DNA of 64,000 nt from Camelus dromedarius (lineage: Eukaryota), in the NCBI RefSeq assembly GCF_036321535.1, contig NC_087472.1, positions 100,876,001 to 100,940,000 on the forward strand, read 5' to 3'. This document shows positions 53,720-64,000 of the stretch, in pieces. Both the position numbers and the translations under genes were made by a program. Position 1 is the stretch's first letter; each line of letters begins with the position of its first letter. The notes under the pieces are model-generated. The model was not told where the DNA came from. It did no database searches and saw only the letters and a list, made by a program, of their open reading frames with translations.

Positions 53720-55020
53720 TACTGTCACCAGCAGGTCACAAGCATTTCTCATTCCCCAGCTCCAGCCCCATGCTGCAGAAACTCTATTGCAGGCAAGCAT
53801 GGCTGAGAAGACAGGGGCTCCTTGCCTCTACCCAGCCCCCACTCATAGGGCAGAAGCTCTACCCCCAGGCAAGGTAGACTGAGAATACTGGAAATGGAAC
53901 CAAATGGGAATTCTGGAGTAGAAAACTAGTACGATAACCAAAAAGAAAAATTCATGAGCATATACCTACCACCCAGACCCTGGTTTCTAATAACACTTTC
54001 CAAAAAAAGGAACCAGGACTCTTTGGAGAAATGGCTGATTCTAAGACTGGGGCAAGAAGTGTACAAAATGAGCATCCTGCGGTGCCAAGAAAGGAAATGT
54101 TCAAAACAAAAAAACAACAACAAAAAAGATGGGTTATGTCAAAGTGGCACTGGAGGCAACTGAAAGGGCTCCCATTGGCCAAAGCAGGAACAATCTCAGC
54201 AACAAAATAAAGGAGTATTGGACTTAGATTATAACCCAGAGTATAAAATAAATACCCATGAGTCCATAATGATATAAATAAATAATTGAACAAATAAAAT
54301 GGGGGGAGGGTGGGAAAATCTTCCATGCAGAAGAATCCCAAATAATTCATGTAGATATTCCATCCTCAGTGAGGTGTAGTATAACTCCCGGCTCCTTAAG
54401 TGAGGACTCTATAGTGACTTTTATCTAAAGAGGACAGGATGGAAAGGAGGGAAAAAGAACAGCTTTACAGTGGAGAAACCTGACAAACACCACCTCAGCC
54501 ACGTGATCAAGATTAACATCAACAGTAGTAAGTCACACTGATACCCTTGATATGATGTGATGAAAACAGCACTTCACTCTGGTCTTCCTCCCCAAAACAC
54601 ATAACATCAGTCTAATCACAAGAAAAACATCAGAGAAATCCCAATTGAAGGACATTCTAAAAAATAACTAACCAGTACTACTCAAAACTGTTATGGTCAT
54701 CAAAAACACAAAGTCTAAAAATCTGTTACAATCAGGAGGTGCCTAAAGAGACATGACAATGTAGTGTGGTATCGTAGATGGAACCTTGGAGCAGAAAAAG
54801 GCGTCAGGTAAAAAACTACGGCAATTTGTATAAAATATTGACTTAAAAAATATCAACAATCAATAATCAGTATCAATATTGGTTTACTAATTGTAATGAA
54901 CATACCATACTAATGTAAGTTGTTAATAATAGGGGAAACTGGGTATGGGGTATTTGGGAACTTTCTCTACTATCTTTGTAATTTTTCTGTAAACTGAAAA
55001 CTCTAAATTATAAAGTTTAT
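53720..55020 (+). mobile_element. L1MC-type 3' region
   Basis: tttacagtggagaaacctgacaaacaccacctcagcc and actttctctactatctttg 3'UTR motifs. Confidence 0.75.
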
Positions 55021-55188
55021 ATTTAGAAACTCATTAGAGGGGCTCCACAGTAGAATTCAGCTAGCAGAATAAACAGTGAACTTGAAGACAAATTGACAGA
55101 GATTACACAATCTGAAGAACAGAAAGAACAAAAGAATGAAGAAAACTAAGCAGACCCTCAGAAAACTATGGGACACCATTAAGCACAC

Positions 55189-55870
55189 TGTGTGTTGTGA
55201 TGGTTGATTTTGTATGTGAACTTAACTGGGCCACAAGGTGCCCACATATTCAACTAAACATTATTCTGGGTACGTCTGTGAAGGTGTTTCTGGATGAGAT
55301 TAACATTTGAATCTGTAGACTAAGTAAAGTAGATTGCCCTCTGCAATGTGAGTGAACCTCATCCAGTCCATTGAAGGCCTAAATAAAACAAGACTCTGAA
55401 CAAGAGAGATTTAGCTCTCTCTCCTTGATGGTCTGGTCTTTGAGCTCTGATATGTCTCCTCCTGCCTTGGACTTGAACTGGAACTTGTACAATTGGCTCT
55501 CCTGGTTCACCGGCCTTCCTACTGAAGATCTTGGGACCCCTTAGCCTCCATAATCCCATGAGCCAGTTCTTCAAAATAAACCTCTCTCTCTCTGAACCAT
55601 AATATTTATGGCTGACCCTTGAACAACATAGGTTGAACTGCATGGGTCCACTTTTACACAGATTTCTTTCAATATTAAATAGCAAGGTACTACACAATCC
55701 ACAGTGGTTGAATTCACAGATGCAGAGGAACCATGGAGATGGCCAACTCTAAGTTACATGTGGATTTTTCAACTGTGTGGAGGGTCGGTGCCCCTAAGCC
55801 CTGTGTTGTTCAAAGGTCAACAGTATATCCCTTATTGGTTCTGTTTCTCTAGAGAACACAGACTAATACA
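55189..55870 (+). mobile_element. MLT2 (ERVL) solo LTR
   Basis: tgtgatggtt..tt-atgtgaacttaactgggccac start and ctgtttctctagagaac..gactaataca end; approximate TSD cacac/cacaa. Confidence 0.85.
55609..55823 (+). mobile_element. Tigger2/MER8-like MITE nested in MLT2
   Basis: TIRs tgacccttgaacaaca and tgttgttcaaaggtca; TA on both sides. Confidence 0.85.
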
Positions 55871-55949
55871 CACAACAGCATATACATAATCAGAGTACCA
55901 AAAGTAGACAGAGAGAGGAACAGAAAAAATATTGAAGAAATAATGTCTG

Positions 55950-56064
55950 GAGAGCAATCTGAGAGGCTGTCATCCCAGGCTTGAAGGGGTTCGAGCCCTC
56001 AGAAATGTCTGCCAAGTAAAACATAACTAAACTTAAAAAAATTTTTTTAATTTAAAAAAATTAA
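55950..56064 (+). mobile_element. Short polyadenylated retro-insertion (LTR R-region-like) with 12-bp TSD
   Basis: TSD AAATAAT(G/A)TCTG at 55938-55949 and 56065-56076; AGTAAA at 56015-56020; A/T tail from 56035. Confidence 0.75.
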
Positions 56065-57366
56065 AAATAATATCTGAAAACTCCCCCAATTTGATGAAAA
56101 ATATCAATCTACACATATAAGAAGATCAAAACTCCAAGTAGGATGAATGCAAAGAGGTCCACCCCCACACATATCAGTCAAAATGGTGAAAGACAAAGAA
56201 AATCTTGAAAGCAGCAAGAGAAAAACAACTTGTCATACATAAAGGATCCTCAATAAGATTAATAACTGACTTCTGATTAGAAATAATGGAGGCCAGAAGG
56301 CAGCAGAATGGCATATTCAAAGCGCTGGGAAAAAACTGTCAACCAAGAATCACATATCCAGCAAGACTATGTCTGAAAAATAAAGGCAAAATAGAGACAT
56401 ACCAAATAAATAAAAACTTGGGTCAATTCATCACTAGAAGACCCACCTTACAAGAAATATTAAAGGAGGTTTTTCCAAGCTGAAAACAAGTGACACTAGA
56501 TAGTAATGTTAACCCATATTTAAAAAAAAAAAAAAAAAGGCACAGAGGCAGCAGATGGGAGCAAAGCTGTACTGGAGTAAGGTAATGATACCAGATGGTA
56601 ATTTGAATCCACACAATATAATGAAACCATAAGTGATAAATAAGAAGGCTAATATAACAAACTACAAATATACACTTGCTTTCCTTTATTCTCTCAGTCT
56701 TCAAAAGATAAAATATTGTAAAGTAATAATGATATATTGCTGGGTTTCTATCATATATAGACATATATAACAATGCAAAAGGGGGTAAAAGAGAAGAACT
56801 ATATAGGAGGAATATTTCACTGGAAGTTAGCATATAACTGAAGTAGATTCTGATAAGGATGCATATAGTAAACATTAGAGCAATCACTAAGAAAATTACT
56901 CAAAAAATTAGTGAAAAAAATCATTAAAGCAATTAAAATGCTGCACTAGAAAATATTCTCTTAATATAAAAGAAACCATTAAAGGTAAAACAGAAACAAA
57001 AAGGACATGAAACACAAAGAAAACAAAAAGCAAAATTGATGAAATCCAACCATATCAATAAAAATATGAAATATAAATAATTAAACAATCCAAAAGGTAA
57101 AGACTGTCAGACTGGATAAACAAATAAGATCCACCTGTCCACAGAAGATACATTTTAGATTCAAAGATACAAATAGGTTAAAAATAAAAATGATGGATAA
57201 GGATATACCATGCCTAAGAGAATGGCTATATTAAGGTCAGACTAAATAGACATTAAGACAAAAACTATTAGATAAAACCTACGCAAATCTGAATAAAGTA
57301 TGGGCATCAATAATAATCAGCATCAATACCAGTAATCAATAACCAGTAATCAATAATCAGTTACTA

Positions 57367-57453
57367 GGAGGTGGTGGTACAGCTCAGTGGTAAAGCACAT
57401 GCTTAGCATGCACAAGGTCCTGGGTTCAATCTCCAGTATCTCCATTAAAAAAT
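57367..57453 (+). mobile_element. vic-1-like SINE with 13-bp TSD
   Basis: A-box AGCTCAGTGG and B-box GGTTCAATC; TSD TAATCA(G/A)TTACTA at 57354-57366 and 57454-57466. Confidence 0.9.
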
Positions 57454-58887
57454 TAATCAATTACTAAAGATAAAGAGAGATATTTTATAGTGATAAAAGG
57501 GTCAATCCATCAGGAAGATTTAAAAATTATATACGCACCTAACAACAGAGGCCCAAACTACACATAAATTGAACCAAAGAAATAAAATCTGAATGAGCAC
57601 AAGCAAGAGACTGATAATAAGCAATCAACTGCAGAGAAAACCCTCAAGATCTATCCTTTGCTCATTTATCAGTGCCTAACTCTGATTTCAAGTTTTGTCT
57701 GATTAATTCAAGTTTTCCAGTCTTGACTTACACAAGTTACTAAAGAATAGTAAAGTTGCTTCTTTTATGAATATATTGCAAGGACAAAACTCAGAATCTG
57801 TTCTATAAACAAACATAACTCTATATAACATATTTTTAATTCAGATATTAGAAAATAGGAAGAACCATAAACTTTAAAATAGTTATTTACATTATCCTTT
57901 CCAAGAAAAACAACAGATCAAGTTTGGAACATTAAAGTACCACCATCAATTCTAATTTGTATTAATACTAAATATTAAAAAGCTCAAATGTATTACAATG
58001 ATATACACAATATTTGAGAGGAAAAGTGGGATGTTATTTTTCTAATTGTCATTTTTCTCAAAATGTTGCTTAAAAATTAGAAAGTTTGAAACATAAAAAC
58101 AACAACACATCATGGGAAACTGATGTAATTCAATATATATTTGCTATTCAACTTCTTTAGAGTAGTTTGGTCAACAGGTTCTCCAAAATTCATGCACTAC
58201 TAACTTTGGACTAGTCAGTGTCTATGCTCTGAATTGCATTTCCACTAAGTAAGGTCCCTAGGAGCAGGGATTCCATTTTCACACTTTCGTATTTCTTTTG
58301 TGCAGCAAAATATACTTCCAACTTTACCATCCTCTGCTACTAACTCTATAACCATGCCAAGTGACTTCAGCAATTTAATTAATATGCTGTAAAAGGGCCT
58401 TGATTGTAATACTTTAATGTGATTAAAGTATGTGTACTTTAATCCCTAGATATTAGAAGTTATTGAAGGTTTTTAAGAATAGTGGCACCACTAAACTTGT
58501 AAATCAGAAACCACTGTTGCAGTGGGTGCGGGGTAGCAGTTTGGAAGAGGTATAAACTTGGACACTAGCAAAACAATTAGGATATTATTGCAAAAGGCCA
58601 GATGAGAGATGCTATGGACCATAATTAAGGTATGGTAGAGTTGGAAATATGATCATTTTCAGGGAAATTATTAACACAAACCATACTCTTAAAATGTTTG
58701 CTACCACACTAGACAATGAGGTGAATAATCAATGCCAGAAATGCTTATAAAAATGGACAAAATCTAGACTGATGCTATCATGAGATCAAAAATGACCCTT
58801 TTAATCTGTAGAGACTTTATTTCATTAGAGTCAAAGTTCCCTTAATGGCCTGCTTTTCATTTACCATCCTTTCCCCTCAGGTCTTTT

Positions 58888-58989
58888 TTTTTTTTTTAAT
58901 TGAAACACAGTCAATTGCAATGTGTCAATTTCCAGTGTACAGCACAATGTTCCAGTCATGCATATATATACATATATTCATTTTCATAT
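58888..58989 (-). mobile_element. About 100-bp young L1 3' end with 14-bp TSD
   Basis: Poly-T then L1 3' terminus; TSD CCCTCAGGTCTTTT at 58874-58887 and 58990-59003. Confidence 0.88.
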
Positions 58990-59019
58990 CCCTCAGGTCT
59001 TTTAAATGCCACAATTCTT

Positions 59020-59957
59020 TTTTTTTAAATTGAAGTATAGTTGATTTACAATGTTAGTTTTGGGTACACAGCAAAGTGATTCAATTATACATATATTTTT
59101 TTTTCAGATTCTTTTCTGTTACAGGTTATCATAAGATATTTAATATAGTTCCCTATGCTATACAGTAGAAACTTGTTTACCTATTTTATATATAGTAGTG
59201 TGCATATGTTAATCCTAAACTCCCAATTTATCCCCTCCCCTCCACCCCTTTCCCCTTTGGTAACCATAGTTTGTTCTCTATGTCTGTAAGTCTATTTCTG
59301 GTTTGTAAATAAGTTCATTTGTGTCATTTTTCTCTTTTTAGTTACCACATAAAAGAGATATATGATACTTGTCTTTTTGTGTCTGACCTACTTGACTTAA
59401 TCTCTAGGTACATCGATGTTGCTACAAATGGCATTATTTCATTTTTATGGCTGAGTAATATTCCATTGTATACATTATAAAACTCACCTTCTTTATGCAT
59501 TCATCTGTCAATGGACATTTAGGTTGCCTCCATGTCTTGGCTATTGTAAATAGTGCTGCTATAGACATTGTGGTGCATGTATCATTTCAAATTATAGTTT
59601 TATGTGGATATATGCCCAGGAGTGGGATTGCTGTATTATACGGTAACTCTATTTTTAATTTTTTAAGGAACCTTCATACTGTTCTCCATAGTGGCTGCAC
59701 GAATTTACATTCCCACCAACAAAGCTACAGTAATTAAAACCATATGCTTTTGATTACTGTAGCTTTGGTTACCCAGTACTGGCACAAAAACAGACACAGA
59801 TCAACGGAACAGGATAGAAAGTCCAGAAATAAACCCACACACTTATGGTCAATTAATGTATGACAAAGGAGGCAAGAATATACAATGGAGAAAAGATAGT
59901 CTCTTCAATAAGTGGTGCTGGGAAAACTGAACAACTACATGTAAAAGAATGAAATTA
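59020..59957 (-). mobile_element. 5'-inverted (twin-primed) L1 with 16-bp TSD
   Basis: Minus-strand 3' part 59020 to about 59720, plus-strand ORF2 segment about 59721-59957; TSD AAATGCCACAAT(T/C)CTT at 59004-59019 and 59958-59973. Confidence 0.88.
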
Positions 59958-61491
59958 AAATGCCACAATCCTTAAATTTAAATAAAATTAGATATCAGAA
60001 ACTAAATTAGGTAAGAAATAAAGCTAAAATTTTGTTTTAAACTGAGCATCTTTATGGTCCATCAGAAGCAAAAGTGTTGGTGTCACACATATCACTTCCA
60101 AGTTGGATTTTTCTGAACCACTAATGAAAGGTAAGATACCAAAATGAAACGGTGTTAACTAGGGGAGGGGGTGGGCACCGAAAACTTTTGCCAAAAGTGA
60201 AAGTATCTTGTATAGTATCTTATTCTACTTCCTTCTTTGAGGCCACAACATCAAATAATATCAAGCGTCTTCAGTCACTAAGCAAAGGGTCCCGGCTGCC
60301 TCAAAAGGTTTAAAAATATGTAATTCACAATAATTAACTGCCTCACATATTCTAGTAAATAGTCTCCAATTATATGCACAATCTGGCACACAAAATAAGT
60401 GCTCTGTTAGTTGTTTTTCCCTTTATTCATGAAAGTACAGATGCATCTGTCATATTAATTCAGTCCTGACATGACTGAATTTAAATTTAAAGAAAAATTT
60501 CTAATAATCCATAAAATGAATATTATCTATACCTCTTAATAACTGTTCCTAATTCCAGACAATATATGATGTATATCCCAGGGATAAAAATCCAAGAAGC
60601 ACTACAACATTCAGAAAACAAACTTAGTATGGAAGGATACTGCATCACTAACTTTATCCAAATTGTTCCAAATGAAGGTACCAAATAGAAGCTATGTCAT
60701 ATTATCTAATGAGATAAACAATATAAAAGAAAACAAACTTCTTATCTTTCAATTTGTATCATCACCTCTCTTGTCTTGTCAAATAATAGAAATTACATTT
60801 TTCAAACTTCACAGTGATATTATAATTCATGGATTTACATGATATTCTCGTACATTCTCCTGAGCAATGTTAGCATTTTATTTTAGGGCTGATGACCTAG
60901 CCCACACTATGACACTAACACACTAAGAGGACTCTCGCAATATTTCAAACCCTTTTCTAATATTACAAAAATTAAGGAACCACTTGAACAGTAAGGAGAA
61001 AGTATTAACACATTTCAAAAAACTTTGATTGTCTAAGTTCATGTCGATATAACTTGAACTGTTACCTCTTCCCAGCTACATGTTTAAAAAAAAAAAAAAG
61101 ATTCTACTCGTATGCCCAGAAGCCAGTCCCACACCATCATGGGACACTGCCCCGTAGCCACAGCCTATTGGACTAGAGAAAAACTGGTTAAGGCTGGACC
61201 CACCATATTCTCTTTTCTGGGAGATAGCAATTCAAACTATTGCTATTGCTATTTTAAGGCAGACATAACATACTACCTTGCAAGTGAGTAAGTGAGATAT
61301 TTGAAAATTTGGAGAGAAGCAATTGTGAGAGCAGGCAAGAGAAGCAACTGACTGTTTATTTCCTCTGCAATTGAGTCCAGGAGATATCCCAGGTTCTTAA
61401 AAGAAAATCTCATTTTACTTACGTTTTGTTAAACAAGTTTCTATTCCTTAAGATATTGCCTAATTATAATATGAAGTATATCACATTAATA

Positions 61492-61860
61492 TATGTATTA
61501 GGTAATCAACTTGGCTGCTCTAGCAGAGACACCCAAAATAACAGTGGCTTAAATAAAAGTGAAGTTTGTTTCTTTCTCATGTAAAAGCCTGGTTAAATGT
61601 TCCAGTGCTGTCCATTTCACAGACTTAAGATACTTGCTTCAGCTCTCACCATTTTGCCTGCATCCCAGTCAGAGAAAAGAGAAAAGTGGGGTACAGGATG
61701 GCAAAACTCCCTTCCTTTTTAGGACACAATTCAGATGTACTCAATATTTCCATTCATATCCTATGACTAAGACTCAATCTTATATCCACCTCTGGCTGAA
61801 AAAGAGACCAGGAAACGTAGTCTTTACCTGGGTGGCAAGCGTGAAATTAAAAAATCAATT
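61492..61860 (-). mobile_element. Old MLT1 (MaLR) LTR
   Basis: aaaataacagtggcttaaa...ttctttctcatgtaa motif. Confidence 0.6.
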
Positions 61861-61864
61861 ACTG

Positions 61865-62081
61865 CAGTTGACCCTTGAACAACACGGGTTTGAACTACAA
61901 GGATCCACTTATACTCAGATTTTTTCCAACAGTAAATACTATAGTACTATACCATCTGAGGTTGGTTGAATTCACGGATGTGGAACCTTGAATACGGAGG
62001 ACCAGCTGTAAGTTATAGTTGGATTTTCAACTGCGCAGAGGGTTAAGCACCCCAACCCCTTCATTTTCCAAAGGTCTACTG
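61865..62081 (+). mobile_element. Tigger2/MER8-like MITE
   Basis: CAGTTGACCCTTGAACAACACGGGTTTGAAC...aaggtctactg|ta; homologous to the 55609 copy. Confidence 0.88.
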
Positions 62082-62217
62082 TATACTAAAACTGAAGAGG
62101 TTTTGAAAACCAACTTGGAATATACTAAATATTCTAAGATTATGACTGAGAAGTACATGTAACTCTCCGGAATACTTTAGTTATTATCAGTGAATGTTCT
62201 TAAAAGAAATTAGAAGA

Positions 62218-63029
62218 AGAGAACCCTTCTACACTGTTGGTGGGAATGCAGTTTGGTGCAGCCATTATGGAAAACAGTATGGAGATTCCTCAAAAGACTA
62301 AAAGTAGACTTACCATATGACTCAGCAATCCCACTCCTGGGAATATATCCAGAGGGAACCCTAATACAAAAAGACACATGCACCCCAATGTTCATAGCAG
62401 CACTATTTACAATAGCCAAGACATGGAAACAACCTAAATGTCCACTGACAGATGACTAGATAAAGAAGCTGTGATATATTTATACAATGGAATACTACTC
62501 AGCCATAAAATATAAAATAACGCCATTTGCAGCAACATGGATGGCCCTGGAGAATGTCATTCTAAGTGAAGTAAGCCAGAAAGAGAAAGAAAAATACCAT
62601 ATATCACTCATATGTGGAATCTAAAAAGAAAAAAAAAAGACAAATGAAATTATATATAAAACAAAAACAGACTCACAGACATAGAATACAGACTTGTGGT
62701 TGCTGGGGGGAAGGGGAATGGGAACGGATAAACTAGGGGTTCGAGATTTGCAGATACTGACTGGTGTATATATAAAATAGATAAACAAGTTTATACTGTT
62801 TATACTGTATAGCACAAGGAAATATATTCAATATCTTGTAGTAGCTTATGGTGAAAAAGAATATGAAAATGAATATATGTTCATTCATGTATGACTAAAG
62901 AATTGTGCTGTACACCAGAAATTGACACATTATAAACTGACTATACCTCAATTTAAAAAAATAATAAAAAGAAAATAAACTTGAAAATAATTTTGTTAAG
63001 TCAAATAAAAGAAAAAAGTCTATTTAAAA
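62218..63029 (+). mobile_element. Young 5'-truncated L1 with perfect 16-bp TSD and short 3' transduction
   Basis: ORF2 C-terminus ([13 protein letters not shown]...AIPLLGIYP), 3'UTR and A-tail; TSD AAAAGAAATTAGAAGA at 62202-62217 and 63030-63045; TT/AAAA endonuclease site. Confidence 0.92.
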
Positions 63030-63159
63030 AAAAGAAATTAGAAGAGATTCCCCAACTCTAAAGGAAGAAAAAAGGAAAATTAAATGGGAAAAAAGAAATG
63101 AATCTCCACCCACTATGGACTGCAGAAAGAAGATAAATGAAAACTATTTTCAGCACTTG

Positions 63160-63310
63160 TCTTTTTTTAAAAGAAAATTTTTTTCAATCTTTTTGGGGGG
63201 GATTAGGTTTATTTATTTTTAATTATTATTTATTTATTTAATGGAGGTACTGGGGATTGAATGCAGTGCATGCCAAGCACAAGCTCTACCACTGAGCTAT
63301 ATCTTCCCCC
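63160..63310 (-). mobile_element. vic-1-like SINE
   Basis: ATAGCTCAGTGGTAGAGC...TTCAATCCCCAGTACCTCCATT plus AAAT tail; TSD TATTTT(C/T)AGCACTT at about 63145 and 63313. Confidence 0.85.
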
Positions 63311-64000
63311 ATTATTTTTAGCACTTTTTTTTTAAAAATCATGTCCTTACTCCCCTACCCTGTCAGATCATCCATTAAAAATAAAACTAACTAGCAAGCA
63401 TATGTTTTACACATGCACTGCAGAAGACAGAAGGCAGACCTGGAGCACAAAGGATCTAGTGGGATTCTGAGAACAGCAGACCACTTAATTTTGCTGGCTA
63501 AATGTGTCAGTGGAGCTGACAAATTTTTGAGGCTCTGTATTTCAAAGAGCCTAGAAGTCCTCAAACTAAAATCTCTTGCAAAAGGTCACCTCCTCTTATT
63601 TCCCCTTAACTAGAGTGGAGTATGAACATTTCAGAAAGTCAGCAGGCAGTCTTATGGCACACTTGGTTATTTTAAATTCCAAATCCACCAAAGACTATGT
63701 AGTTATTCACATTTAAATTTTGTACCCGCTTTCCTCTTCAAAATTTGAATATTTTCTGACCTGTAATTCATTTACTGGGATTACAAAACTTTAACACCAA
63801 AGAGAAAAATCAGTTAATAAGGTACAGAGAAATTATAATAAAATACATTAGGAGAAGGCCATGGTGTTAGTAAGAAAAAGAAAAGTTATCCAAAGTATAG
63901 CATTTCAAATTCTCAAGTGATAACAGCATATGAACATTTCCTCAGTAAATACCATAAGGAAATAGAAATCTTGAGGCTCAAAGTATTACAATGTCCTCAT

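Larger units (their letters stand above)
55030..57570 (+). mobile_element. L1 ORF1 to start of ORF2, host of several nested insertions
   Basis: ORF1 C-terminus (MEARRQQNGIFKAL...QPRITYPARL...RPTLQEILKEV) and endonuclease start (IYAPNNR). Confidence 0.85.

Noticed and set aside
53926..56887. Longer ORFs (132, 112 and 154 aa) on the minus strand
   Set aside because: Antisense frames of L1 and MLT2 relics with no recognisable protein features.
57367..57446. tRNA gene
   Set aside because: It has A/B boxes but also an A-tail and TSD, and there are three diverged sibling copies in the window, so it is a SINE.
1..64000. CRISPR array, operon or other prokaryote-type system; CDKL5 exon 1 or exon 4
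   Set aside because: No spaced direct-repeat array, no long ORFs, no CpG island, and no sequence encoding ETHEIVAIKKFKDSE was found.

Overview
AT-rich, repeat-dense mammalian genomic DNA. Four copies of a vic-1-like tRNA-derived SINE suggest a camelid. The window lies inside CDKL5 (minus strand; X-linked in placental mammals). It holds exon 2 (38813-39042, ATG at 38876) and the 35-nt exon 3 (36196-36230), which ends in a non-canonical GC donor. Together they encode [34 protein letters not shown] did not find exon 1 or exon 4, so the rest is intron 1 (right) and intron 3 (left). Intron 3 carries, on the same strand, a decayed full-length retrocopy of connexin-43 (GJA1) mRNA (about 19785-21947) with 5'UTR, CDS and 3'UTR. 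It has Cx33/GJA6-type residues and is disabled by five stops and two frameshifts. Also present are a U6 retropseudogene and many L1, L2, MIR, CR1, LTR and DNA-transposon relics. Several retrotransposition events are unusually legible: a twin-primed L1 with a fold-back junction, a 3' transduction, and a polyadenylated LTR-like fragment with TSDs. I see no clearly new biological system. The best leads are the uORF overlapping the CDKL5 start codon, the remodelled tail of the connexin retrogene, and an intronic RFX X-box cluster. Comparisons to reference genes and repeat consensuses are from memory, not computed, and boundaries of old repeats are approximate.
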